Assembly (NCBI GenBank): GCA_965645245.1
Contig: OZ287088.1
Location: forward strand, 558,001 to 622,000
DNA length: 64,000 bases
Source of the DNA: Massalongia carnosa
Taxonomy: Eukaryota
Reading direction: 5' to 3'
The notes under the pieces are model-generated. The model worked only from the letters and a program-made list of their open reading frames with translations, did not search any database and was not told where the DNA came from. The translations under genes were made by a program, and so were the position numbers. Positions 35,501 through 49,900 of this stretch are shown here, piece after piece; the stretch's first letter is position 1; each line of letters begins with the position of its first letter.

Positions 35501-35674
35501 TATGATCGGACTCCATCACGATGAAGAATAATAACATATATAATATGAGGTATAGCATAAGTGGAAGGGCAGATTTAGGGGAGGGCAAAGGTGAGGATGA
35601 GGGTATGCTTTATCAGACCGAGTAGGGTAATTATTGTTGAACAAAAAACCAACCAGGCATACGGCAGCGAGATG

Positions 35675-37817
35675 TTGACGATGTTGCAATATATGTCGAA
35701 AATAAAACTGCAAAACAAATTTGCAAAGAAATCGAAATCATAGTCAAAACAACTTTTGATTGGGCCGCATCGAATAATGTCAAATTTGATGTGGATAAAT
35801 CCGAGCTGATTCACTTCGAAAAGACAAGAAATGTATCGAAAGACACATTGCAATTACCAAACGGGACAATACTCGAACCGAAAAATGTTGTCAAATGGTT
35901 GGGCGTCTGGCTAGACGGAAAACTAAATTTCAAAAAACACGTCGAAACGCGAATCTCTTCTGCGAATCGATCGTTTTTTGCAATTCAGAATTTGATGAAA
36001 TCCGAATGGGGTCTGAAACCGACCCCATGCAGACAGCTCTATTTGTCATGCATTGTTCCTATTTCGGACTACGGCTCAGAAATTCGGTATAATGGTCAAA
36101 AGAAATATGAAAAACTATTTCAGAATTTGCAAAATCGAATGATTCGGAAAATTTTAGGAACTTTCAAAACCACACCTGTTCAGTCGATGGAAATTGAATC
36201 ACATGTTTTACCAGTCAAACTTCGATTATTAATTAAAAATCAAAAATACGCAATTCGATTATTGAAGATTACCGAATAATCCCATTTGTCAAAGAATTCC
36301 AAACACATATTTTCGATAAAATATGAAAACATCGGTTTTGACATTAGCTTATGGAACAACAAATATGCCGAATGGAACGAAGATGAAAAACAGTCAAATA
36401 AACGACACCCTAGTCAGCTTATTTGCGTTCTTAATTCCGTTTCTGACATAGTTCACAAAACTGATAAATTTGAACAACTAAATCATTTCATTAAACCTTG
36501 GAAATCGTCATGCAAATCGAATTTCAAATCGAAAAAACAAAAGAATCTGCAAAATCAAGTTATTATTCGACCTTATCAAAAATTCAATCAATGAACTCCG
36601 ATAAATCCCGAGTTTTACTTTATACGGATGGATCAAAAATCGAATTTGCAACGTCTGCAGTCACATTTTCACCAATTTTGCGGAGTTGGAATAATATTAT
36701 TGATAATTTTTATCGATTTATCGAAAAAGATTGTCAGATCAAGTATCATACGCTTTCGAAAAGCTGGAAATTAAGCAAACAGTCAAGCATTAAAAATGCA
36801 GAACTGCATGCGATTTTACAAGCAATGAAATTGGTCTATAAATTGTCGAATACTAATATTTTATCGAACTTAGAAAAACCGATTTGGATTTTTTCTGATA
36901 GCATAAAGGCGATAAACGAAATTCAGAACTTGACAAATCATATTTTTGCAAGACAAATTCGAAAGCTCGCAAAACGATTATTTGAAAGCAATTATCAGGT
37001 GATTTTGCAATGGATTCCGAGTCATTCGAAAATTACCGAAAACGAAATTGCAGACAAAACAGCAAAGGCGTGAAATAATCGAATCCTAGTCGAGTCCTCG
37101 GCGATAACATTTGACTATATAAAAGATCAATTAAATCAAAATATGCTAACTACATGGATGAATCAATGGCAACAATGCAAATCGAAAGGCAAATACTATG
37201 AGCAACCTGGCATATCGAGTTTTTTACTATTTATCAAACAACTGCTCCAAATTGATATTTGCCACTATTATGCAATTAAAATTCCGACACGGCTATTTTC
37301 GATCATATTTATATCGATTGAAAGATTATAATTCGACAAATGCACAAATAGATACAATCAACGACAAACGCCAGAACACTTGTTATTGAATTGCATTCAA
37401 TATTTCGATGAAATTCAAAACATAAAACAAAATGTCGATACTACTATCAACTTGAATATGTTGTTTAATACAAAAATTGGAAATGACATTTTGATTAAAT
37501 TCATTGTCAATAACAAAATCGCGACTAGAAAATGGATACTATGTCAGCTTGATGACGAAATTGTTGAAACGGGAGGCTGGAGAGAGAGATTAAACATTAA
37601 AATCAGAAATTATTTATGTTGAAACATTTACGAACTTACTAAGACAAATTGTAAAATCGATAATTTCTCGATTACTATAGGCTGTTACTAACACGTAGTA
37701 AAAACGGGGGAAAATTGACGATACATAGATGGGTTATAAAGGGTTGATTTTTTTGTATTATAGAAACATGTCCTAAATATTTTAGTGTCATAACCCTAGG
37801 TTGAATACACTTAATGA
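35675..37817 (+). mobile_element. 5'-truncated, degenerate LINE-A (subfamily A1)
   Basis: Fragments from DDVAIY through RNase H (LYTDGS, NAELHAI, FSDS) to the family 3'UTR. Confidence 0.9.
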
Positions 37818-39796
37818 GTGTGGGGATAAAATCTCGTTATTCGATATTAACATGCAATATTTGCAAACCGGAACCGAAAAATACAATTCGAATATGCAGA
37901 TCGAAACACAAGTACCGCAACTTTTGATACTCTATAACTTTTACAGTCAATTAAGCCTCTATTTCTCAGTCATTTGAGCTCCTCCAGAACAAAAACGGAC
38001 TCATATTGAGTGTAGGAGAGCTCTAGCAAAGCTCCAGCAGAGATTTTCTGCTGGTCGCACGCGATAGACGTGATAAAGCGCGCTCAAGAAGTTTTAAAAA
38101 ACAACAAATACCAACAAGATCACCAAAAATCGCTCATTTTTCTCACTTTCTTCTGTTCTGTTGTCGCATTCTCCTCAATTATTACTACAAGAATTATCTA
38201 CAAAAAATATCTACTGTCGCGGTACTGTACAACAACTGTCGCGACGACAAACTTTTTTGAAGTTCATTTCTCATTTAAGGTTACGGGAACTTCCGCTAGC
38301 ACAAATTTTCACAGTATATTTCACGTATAATTTCTGCATATACCATTTTAGGCTTTATCGATCTCCATTGAACGGCCGGTCAACAGATCACTGAAAAGAA
38401 GGGGAAAAACGTCTGGAATAGGATTATACCAAAGGTCCTGTTTCAGATTAATCAGAATAGGAAGTCTCTTATTATCTTACCTTGCCTTAGATCTATTTAT
38501 ATCGAAAAAAAAAAAAAACTTTCATTATTTTCAACTATTGTAGTGTCTGGTAAAGGGTTAAATAAGATTTACTGCCTAAGCGAGGAACGGTCTACTTTAA
38601 CCCGATAAGGATTTATTTGACTTGTTATTGTCAATTAAATTGGGATAGGAAAGAAAGAGTTATTTGACCAGTAAATCGGTGTAATTTCTGTTCTGACTAG
38701 TACGTCTGGGGAACGTCAGAATAAACTATTTGGTGGTGATAAAAGGGATATAGAAAAGGCATGTTCAACCAGGTAATCAACCCGGTAACCAACTCTGCAC
38801 TTCCTAGAAATAGGCGATTTTTGGCGAGACCAACCCTCCAAGGCCCCCCACCGAGAAATTATCGGCCCCCCCGAGTACTCCCCCGGGTCCGCCCCGAAAC
38901 GACTCTCCCGCGCCATCTTCAGTAGCCATGATAGGGAGCTCACCCCCATCCGACGAGTTTATAGAAGCTATGGACCAGTCAGGGAAATTTTCGTCCGCCC
39001 CCTCCACACCGACCCCTAAAGCGAAGGCGTTCATTGCTCCATCTGGTGAATTTACTACTAATTTATCTATGCCGTCATTAAATTCGAATATTGGATTAAG
39101 CCCGCCAATCAAACGCAATAAAAGAAGAACATTTGACGAGTATTCGATTCAAAGTCAAGAAGTCATCAATCGAACGAAATCAATTCAACTATTGAATACA
39201 GCTAAAAACGCACTATTGGAGTCATTCGTATTAGATCAAAATCCCGAAACGGCTATTGTCATTGATAACATCAACTCTCTACTGATAAAGAAAACAATCA
39301 AGCCTAAAGCAACGCTGGAAATGATTGATTGGAAATTGAATAGGGTGCTAGAACAAACTAACAAAATTCCAGAAACAACGGAACAATCGGTGCGACCTAC
39401 GCAAGCAAATTCGAATGGAAATTCGAATTTGAATAAAAACGTCAAACAAGCCATTCGGAGGGGAACCGCCGAGGTCCCGGGGCCGCAGGTCAACGAGTCA
39501 ACTAAAACATGGAGTCAAATGCTCGGAAGAGCAACCTCTAATTCCGAAAATTGGACCACCGTTTCTCGAACGAAAAAATCGAATACTAATTCTAATTCGA
39601 ACAAATTCGATAATACGGAGGATTTTAACGCGATTAAATCAAGACGATTAATTATTACACCGAAAGCTCAAATCGGCGATATCGATTCATTGTTGCTTCG
39701 AAACCAAATCAATTCGCTTTTAAAGACGAGAAATTCACTATCGTTGTCAACACGGTCGAAAAGTCCAAAACGGGACAAAATATCGTTCTGACTACT

Positions 39797-40627
39797 CCGA
39801 GTCATTCAAATATTACCGAAAACGAAATTGCAGACAAAATAGCAAAGACGGGCCATAATCAAATCCTAGTCGAGTCCTCGGCTATAACATTTGATTATGT
39901 AAAAGATCAAATAAATCAAAATATGCTAACCACATGGACGAATCAATGGCAACAATGCAAATCAAAAGGCAAATACTACGAGAAATTCGAAATGAAACCT
40001 GGCATATCGAGATTTTATTATTTATCAAACAACTGTTCCAAATTGATATTTGCTACTATTATGCAATTAAAATTCGGACACGGCTATTTTCGATCATATT
40101 TACATCGATTGAAAGATTATAATTCGTCAAAATGCTTAAATCGATGCAATCAACGACAAACGCCAGAACACTTGTTATTGAATTGCATTCACTATTTCGA
40201 TGAAATTCAAAACATGAAACAAACCATCGATACTACGATCAACTTGAATATGTTGTTTAATACAAAAATCGGAAATGACATTTTGATTAAATTCATTGTC
40301 AATAACAAAATCGCGACTAGAAAATGGATACTAGGTCAGCTTGATGACGATATTTTCGAAACTGGAGGTTGGGGAGAGATCGAACAGTAAAATCAGAAAC
40401 GATTTATGCTGAAACAGTTACGAACTTACAAAGATAAATTGTAAAATCGATAATTTTCGATTACTATAGGTTGTTACTAACACGGAGTAAAAATGGGGAA
40501 AAATTGACGATACATAGATGGGTTATAAAGGGTTGATTTATTTGTAATATAGAAACATATCCTAAAATAGTTTAGTGTCATAACCTTAGGTTGAATACAC
40601 TTAATGAATAAATAAATATAAAAAAAA
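39797..40627 (+). mobile_element. 5'-truncated LINE-A1 nested in ORF1, 15-bp TSD ATCGTTCTGACTACT
   Basis: TSD at 39782-39796 and 40628-40642; ORF 39923..40390; poly(A). Confidence 0.93.
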
Positions 40628-41654
40628 ATCGTTCTGACTACTAGTCCAGAGAACACTGCTGAAGATTTATTGAACAATAAATCAATATGGGAGCATTTAT
40701 TTGACCCACGAACAGTTCGAAAGGATGAATCGTGGTTTAAAGTAATCGCGCATGGCATAAATATTGCAACGTTTGATGAAAACATGCAATATTTGCAGGA
40801 TGAAATTCAACAGTTCAATTCGAACATGCAATTATGCGATATTCCAAGATGGCTAGCACGTGATCGTCAAAACAAGATCAAATCGTCTGTTGTTTTGACG
40901 TTCAATGATCGAAATATGGCTTTGAACGCGTTGAAAGGAGTAAATATCGCGGGAAGACACTGTGACACTGTGACACGGAAATATTTACCTCCGTTCGACC
41001 AAATACGCAATGCATCAATTGCCAAAAATTTGGCCACAAGCATTATCAATGCAAAAATCAAGCGAAATGCAATATATGTGCACAAAATCATGAAACTCAC
41101 AATCATGAATGCACAACTTGCAAATCCAAAATCGCGTGTGCAGATGTCGTCGTCAAATGCGTCAATTGCAATCTAAATAATCAGTCAAATGATGAAGGAT
41201 GTGAAATGATTGCATCGTTAAACGTTCGAAAATCGACTGACGAATTATCCGTGTTGTAATGGCAGGACAACATTCGTTGACAAACATCGAAAATACACAA
41301 AATGTCAAATTTATTCAAAACAATTGTGCAAAGTCAACGAATGCAATGATTTCGTGTCTGGAATACGCAGTATTAAATCAAATTGATATTGTTTTATTTC
41401 AGAAACCTTGGACACGCGATCAAAAAACTATTTCTCATCCTTCATTCACATGAATTATGCCGAAAATAGCAGCTTATCGCTCGAGAGTAGCTGTATTTGT
41501 CACTAAATGCAATTCGAAACTAGAATGCACGCCTAGAACGGATCTTATTGACGATCCCGATATGCAAATTATCCAGATTACAATTGATGATATTCGAAAA
41601 GTACAGATTATCAACATTTACAATGAAAAAAGTCAAAACGATCGGGAAACATAT

Positions 41655-43977
41655 TGATATTTGATGAAAATTTAAGCAAAACATATTATGTCGAATCAGG
41701 AATTCCACAAGGCTCACCAATCTCGCCTATTCTATTTCTGATTTACATTCGTCACTTGTTTCCGAAAATACGAATGAAATTCAATGCACATTCTCCCAGT
41801 TTTATTGACGATGTTGCAATATATGTCGAAAATAAAACTGCAAAACAGAATTGCAAAGAAATCGAAATCATAGTCAAAACGGCCTTTGATTGGGCCGCAT
41901 CGAATAATGTCAAATTTGATGACGATAAATCCGAGCTGATTCACTTCGAAAAGACAAGAAATGTATCGAAAGACACATTGGAATTACCAAACGGGACAGT
42001 ACTAGAACCGAAAAATGTAGTCAAATGGTTGGGCGTCTGGTTAGACCGAAAACTAAATTTCAAAAAACACGTCGAAACGCGGATCTCTTCTGCGAATCGA
42101 TCGTTTTTTGCAATTCAGAATTTGATGAAATCCGAATGGGGTCTGAAACCGACCGCATGCAGACAGCTCTATATGTCATGCATTATTCCTATTTCGGACT
42201 ACGGCTCAGAAATTTGGTATAATGGTCAAAAGAAATATGAAAAACTATTTCAGAACCTACAAAATCAAATGATTCGAAAGATTTTAGGAACTTTCAAAAC
42301 CACACCTATTCAGGCGATGGAAATTGAATCACATGTTTTACCAGTTAAACTTCGATTATTAATGAAAAATCAAAAATACGCAATTCGATTATTGAAGATT
42401 GCCGAAAATAACCCTATTTGTCAAAGAATTCCAAACACATATTCGATAAAATTCGAAAATATCGGTTTTGACACAAGTTTATGGAACAACAAATATGCCG
42501 AATGGAACGAAGACGAAAAACAAACAAATAAACGACATCCTAGTCAGCTTATTCGCGTTCTTCATTCCGTTTCCGATATAGTTCACAAAACTGATGAATT
42601 TGAACAATCAATTCATTTTATTAAACCTTGGAAATCGCCTTGCAAAATCAAATTTCAAATCGAAAATACAAAGGAATCTGCTAAATCAAGTTATTATTCG
42701 ACCTTATCCAAAATTAAATCAATGAACTCCGATAAATCCCGAGTTTTACTTTATACAGATGGATCGAAAATCGAATTTGCAACGTCTGCAGTCACATTTG
42801 CGCCAGTTATAAGGAATTGGAGTAATATTATCAATAATTTTAATCGATTTATCGAAAAAGATTGTCTGATCAAGTATCATACGATTTCGAAAAGCTGGAA
42901 ATTAAGCAAAAAGTCAAGCATTAAAAATGCTGAACTGCATGCGATTTTACAAGCAATGAAATGGGTCTATAAATTGTCGAATACTAATATTTTATCGAAC
43001 TTAGAAAAAACGATCTGGATTTTTTCTGATAGTATAAACGCGATAAACGAAATTCAGAACTTGACAAATCATATTTTCGCCAGACAAATTCGAAAGCTCG
43101 CAAAAATCTTATTTGAAAGCAATTTTCAGGTGATTTTGCAATGGGTTCCGAGTCATTCAAATATTACCGAAAACGAAATTGCAGACAAAATAGCAAAGAC
43201 GGGCCATAATCAAATCCTAGTCGAGTCCTCGGCGATAACATTTGATTATGTAAAAGATCAAATAAATCAAAATATGCTAACCACATGGACGAATCAATGG
43301 CAACAATGCAAATCAAAAGGCAAATACTACGAGAAATTCGAAATGAAACCTGGCATATCGAGATTTTATTATTTATCAAACAACTGTTCCAAATTGATAT
43401 TTGCTACTATTATGCAATTAAAATTCGGACACGGCTATTTTCGATCTTATTTAAAGCGATTGAAAGATTATAATTCGTCAAAATGCACAAATCGATGCAA
43501 TCAACGACAAACGCCAGAACACTTGTTATTGAATTGCATTCACTATTTCGATGAAATTCAAAACATGAAACAAAATATCGATACTACCATCAACTTGAAT
43601 ATGTTGTTTAATACAAAAATCGGAAATGACATTTTGATTAAATTCATTGTCAATAACAAAATCGCGACAAGAAAATGGATACTAGGTCAGCTTGATGACG
43701 AGATTTTCGAAACTGGAGGTTGGGGAGAGATCGAACAGTAAAATCAGAAACGATTTATGCTGAAACATTCACGAACTTACAAAGACAAATTTTAAAATCG
43801 ATATTCTTCGATTACTATAGGTTGTTACTAACACGGAGTAAAAATGGGGAAAAATTGACAATACATAGATGGGTTATAAAGGGTTGATTTATTTGTAATA
43901 TAGAAACATATCCTAAAATAGTTTAGTGTCATAACCTTAGGTTGAATACACTTAATGAATAAATAAATAAAAAAAAA
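41655..43977 (+). mobile_element. 5'-truncated LINE-A1 nested in the endonuclease domain, 15-bp TSD GATCGGGAAACATAT; uninterrupted 695-aa RT-RH-CCHC frame
   Basis: TSD at 41640-41654 and 43978-43992; GIPQGSPISPILF, FIDD, LYTDGS. Confidence 0.93.
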
Positions 43978-46900
43978 GATCGGGAAACATATACAATCGA
44001 CCGACTAATAGTCAAATATCAACCTACATTCAATGATCAATTCGTAATATGTGGAGATTTCAATGCACATCATAACTGGTGGAATTCGAAAATTCAGCAT
44101 GCAATTCGATCTGAAAATCTAGTGAAATGGTTAAAATCAAAAAAGTGTAGTTTGATTAATACGTCTGATTTATGTACATTTTACGCCCATTCTGGAAGTT
44201 CTTCATCTGTTATTGATTTAACATTTGCAAATTCTAAAATCGAAAATGCAATAACAAATTGGTCAATCGATGAAAACGCAGTCACAGGTTCAGATCATGA
44301 AGTCATTCGATTTGAATTAATCGCATCTTTCAAGAATTTGACGACACATGCAACCGCATTATCAAACAAATACAATTGCAATAAAGCCGATTGGGACAAG
44401 TTCGCGAAGTTTCTAGATGAAAATTCAATAAACTATGAAACACAGGTTCAAAGTTTATTGAATAATCATCAATTCGACGAATCAGCGATCTATTTGCAAG
44501 ATATTATTAAAGACGCAGCTGAAATGTTTATTCCGAAGACCAAAATATGTGCAAAATCAAAAAATTGGTGGTCGCAAGATTTAACTGAACTCCGAATAAT
44601 TATGTCTAGACATCGTCGAGAATGGAAGAATTATCCCTCCGTTTTTAGTCATAGAACCTTAAAACATAGCCGAATCGAATATTTTCATGCAATTCGAAAA
44701 GCAAAACAACAAACTTGGTTGACTTTTCTAGAAAATGCAGCGAATAAAGACGTATTTACAGCGTATAAATACACTAAACCGCGCATATTCGAAAAAATAC
44801 CACCAATTCAATATGAAAATAAGTTAAATGTTCAATTCGATGACAAATGCGATGCATTTGTTGCAGCAATGTACACAAAAAACCCATTTATAGACGATAA
44901 TTTCGAAGACTTATCGAATCAAGACAACGAAGATGACAATAATTGGCCGGATTTGACCGAAAACGAGTTGCAAAATGCGATTAGTTTGTTTAATCCGAAA
45001 AAAGCATGTGGCCCTGATGCAATCAATTTTACAATTGTTCAAAAATCGTTTCAATCGTTGAAAAACGTGTTTTTTATGATTTATTCAAAATTCATTCAAA
45101 CCGGTTATCATCCGTTATGCTGGCGGACAGGACTCGGTGCAGTTTTGAAAAAACCTAATAAATCAGATTATTCGCTGCCAAAATCATATCGGATTATCAC
45201 TTTACTAAACTGTCTTGCTAAAATTGCTGAGAAAATCGTTGCAAATCGCCTTGCCTACTTCGGCGAAAATTCGAGTTTATTAGACATCGAACAGATGGGC
45301 GGACGCAAAAATCACTCTGCAATTGACGCAGTAATGACCGTCGTTCATGATATCGAAATAGCGAACCGAAAAAAGAACGTTTTATCATGTTTATTACTCG
45401 AAATCAAAGGCGCATTTGACTTTGTATCGATTAATCAGCTGTTAAATGTCATGAAAAATCTGAAATTATCTCGCATAGTTATTCAATGGGTCAAAAATTA
45501 TGACAAAACGATCGGTCAATCTAATATTCGATGAAAATAAAAGCAAAACCTATTATGTCGAATCAGGAATTCCACAAGGCTCACCTATTTCGCCTATATT
45601 ATTTTCGATCTACATTCGTCACTTATTTCCGAAAGTACGAATGAAATTCAATGCACATTCTCCTAGTTTTATAGACGATGTTGCAATATATGTCGAAAAT
45701 AAAACTGCAAAACAGAATTGCAAAGAAATCGAAATCATAGTAAAAACTGCATTTGATTGGGCCGCATCGAATAATGTCAAATTTGATGACGAAAAATCCG
45801 AACTGATTCACTTCGAAAAGACAAAAATGCATCGAAAGACACACTGCAATTACCAAACGGAACTATACTGGAACCGAAAAATGTTGTCAAATGGTTGGGA
45901 ATCTGGCTAGATCGAAAACTGAATTACAAAAAACACGTCGAAACTCGAATTTCTTCTGCAAATCGGTCATTCTTTGGGAATCAAATTTTGATGAAATCAG
46001 AGTGGGGTCTTAAACCGACTGCATGTAGACAGCTTTATTTGTCATGCATCGTTCCTATTTCGGATTATGGTTCAGAAATTTGGTACAATGGTCAACAGAA
46101 ATATGAGAAACTATTTCAGAATTTGCAAAATCGTATTACTCGAAAGATTTTAGGAACATTCAAAACCACACCTGTTCAGGCGATGGAAATTGAATCACAT
46201 ATTCTACCAGTAAAACTACGATTATTGATGAAAAATCAAAAATATGCTATTCGATTGTTGAAGATTGCCGAAAATAATCCCATTTGTCAAAGAATTCCAA
46301 ACACATATTCGATGAAATTCGAAAACATCGGTTTTGATACTAGCTTATGGAACAACAAATATGCCGAATGGAACGAAGACGAAAAACAAACAAATAAACG
46401 AAATCCTAGTCAGCTTATTCGTGTTTTGCAATCCGTTTCGGACATAGTTCACAAAACTGATGAATTCGAACAATCAAATAACTTCATAAAACCATGGAAG
46501 TCGTCGTGTAAAATCGAATTTCAAATCGAAAAGTCAAAAGAAACAGCAAAATCAAGTTATTATTCGACTTTGTCCAAAATTCAATCTATGAATTCCGAAA
46601 TATCACGAATATTACTTTATACGGATGGATCAAAAGTAGAATTTGCAACTTCTGCGGTCACATTCGCACCAATTATGCGAAAATGGAACAATTTTATCGA
46701 TGATTTCGATCACTTTATCGAAAAAGATTGCCTTATCCAACATCATACAATTTCGAAAAGCTGGAAATTGAGCAAACAGTCAAGCATTAAAAATGCTGAA
46801 CTTCATGCGATTTTACAAGCAGTCAAATGGGTATACAAGTTAACGAACGAGAATATATTATCGAATTTAGAAAAAACAATATGGATTTTTTCCGATAGTT

Positions 46901-49900
46901 TGAACGCGATAAACGAAATTCAACATTTAACAAATCATATTTATGCGAAGCAAATTCGAAAGATTGCAAAATATTTATTCGAAAACAACTATCAGATAAT
47001 TCTGCAATGGATCCCTAGTCATTCGAAAATTATCGAAAATGAAATTGCAGACAAAACGGCGAAAGCAGGACACAGTCAAATCATAGCGGAGTCCTCGGCG
47101 ATCACATTTGACTACTTGAAAAGTCAAATTCATCAAAATACGCTAAACTCATTGACGAATCAATGGCAACGATGCAGGTCAAAAGGCAAACATTACGAGA
47201 AATTTGATATGCAACCTGGCAAATCGAGCTTTTATCATTTGTCAAACAATTGTTCGAAAATGATATTTGCTACCATTATGCAGCTGAAATTTGGACACGG
47301 TTAATTTCGTTCATATCTATATCGATTGAAAGATTACAATTCGTCAAAATGCACGAATAGATGCAACGAACGTCAAACGCCAGAACATCTATTGTTGAAC
47401 TGCAATCACTATTTTGAAGAAATTCAAATATTGAAACAAAGTATCGATACTACAATCAATTTGAAAATTTTATTCAATACCAAAATTGGAAATGACATTT
47501 TGATAAATTTTATTGCCAAAAACAAAATCGCTACTAGAAAATGGATACTAGGTCAGCTAGAAGACGAAATTGTCGAAACGGGAGGTTGGGGAGAGATCGA
47601 ACAGTAAAATCAGAATTGATTTATGCTGAAACACTTACGAACTTTACAAAGACAAATTGTAAAATCGAAAATTCGATTACTATAGGTTGTTACTAACACG
47701 GAGTAAAAACGGGGAAAAATTGAAGATTCATAGATGGGTTATAAAGGGTTGATTTATTTGTATTATAGTAATATATCTTAAAATAGTTTAGTGTCATAAC
47801 CTTAGGTTGAATACACTCAATGAATAAATAAAAAAACAATTCGAATATGCAACAATGCGATTTACCAAGATGGCTTGCTCGGGATCGTCAAAACAAAGTC
47901 ACGTCGTCTGTAGTTTTGACTTTCAATAATCAAAATCAAGCGTCAAACGCGTTAAGTTGCGTGAATATTTCGGGTAGAAATTGTGACATGGAAATATTTG
48001 CTTTGGTTCGTCCAAACACGCAAAGTATTAATTGTCAGAAATTTGGACATAAGCATTATCATCACTGCAAAGGTCCGGCAAAATGCAATATATGCGCACA
48101 AAGTCATGAAACGCATAATCATAAATGCACAACATGTAAGTCTAAAATCGCATGCTCATATGCAATTCTGAAATGCGTCAATTGCAACAAAAATAATAAA
48201 TCGAACGATGTAGGATGCGAAATGTTTATCTCGCTAAATACTAAAAAATTGAATGATGAATTAATGCTTGGTTAATGGCGGGACAACATTCGTTGACAAA
48301 TATCGAAAATACACAAAATGTCAAATATATTCAACATAATTATGCAAAGTCAACGAATGCAGTGATTTCGTGTCTGGAATATGCAGTATTAAATCGTGTA
48401 AATATTCTTTTATTTCAGGAACCATGGACGCGAGATCAAAAAACAATTTCCCATCCGTCATTCACATGTATTATGCCGAAAATAGCGACTTATCGGTCGA
48501 GAGTAGCTATATTCGTTACAAAATGCAATTCGAAATTACAATGCACGCCTAGAACGGATCGTATTAACGATTCTGATCTGCAAATTATCGAAATTACAAT
48601 TGATGAAGTTCGAAAAGTGCAGATCTTTAACCTTTACAATGAAAAAAGTCTAAACGATCGAGAAACATATACAATCGATCGACTTTTAGTCAAATATCAA
48701 CCTATATCAACTGACCAATTTATATGTGGAGATTTCAATGCACATCATAGTTGGTGGAATTCGAAAATTCAACATGCAATTCGATCAGAAAGTCTAGTCA
48801 AATGGTTAAAATTAAACAAATGTAGTTTGATAAATACGCATGATCTATATACATTTTTTATTCATTCAGGAAAATCTTCATTTATTATTGATTTAAGATT
48901 TGCAAATTCTAAAATCGAAAACGCAAAAACAAATTGGTCAATCGATGAAAACACAGTCACGGGTTCAGAGCATAAAGTTATTCGAGTTGAACTTATCACG
49001 TCTTTCAAGCTTGACGTGACACGCAACCGCATTATCGAATAAATACAACTGCAATAAAGCCGATTGGGATAAATTCGCCAAGTTTCTAGACGAAAATAAA
49101 ATAAACTACGAGTCCCAAATACAAAATCTATTGAACAATTATCAATTTGACGAATCAGCGTTATATTTGCAAAACATTATCAAAAACGCGGCTGAAATGT
49201 TTATTCCGAAGAAAAAAATATGCGCAAAATCGAAAAATTGGTGGTCGCAAGATTTAACTGGACTTCGAAAAATCATGTGTAGACATCGTCGAGAATGGAT
49301 GAATAATCCGTCCGATTTTAGTCATCAAACATTTAGATATAGTCGTATCGAGTACTTTCATGCAATTCGAAAAGCGAAACAGCAAACTTGGTTAGCTTTC
49401 CTCGAAAACGCAGCGAATAAAGACGTATTTACAGCTTATAAATACACTAAATCGCGCATGTTCGAAAAAAAACTACCCATTCAATATGAAAACAAGTAAA
49501 ATGTTCAATTCGATCACAAATGCGATGCGTTTGTGTCAGCAATGTATACAAAAAACCCGTTCACGGACGATAATATTGAAGATTTAACGAATCAAGACAG
49601 CGAAAATGACAACAATTGGCCGAATTTAACCGAAAATGAATTGAAAATGCGATTAGTTTGTTTAATCCAAAGAAATCATGAGGACCTGATGCAATCAATT
49701 TCACAATAGTTCAAAAATCGTTTCAACTATTGAAAAAGGTGTTTTTTACTATTTACTCTAAATTTATACAAATCGGTTATCACCCGTTATGCTGGCGAAC
49801 AAGACTCGGTGCAGTTTTAAAATAACATAATAAACCAGACTACTCACTGCCAAAATCATATCGAATTAGTACATTACTGAATTTTCTTGGTAAAATTGCG

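Larger units (their letters stand above)
37899..47835 (+). mobile_element. Full-length LINE-A (subfamily A3) with ~1-kb leader, ORF1 38928-41259 and ORF2 41259-47607; both disrupted, with two nested copies
   Basis: TSD at 37883-37898 and 47836-47851; APE (44122..), RT, RNase H (45895..47304), CCHC tail. Confidence 0.9.
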
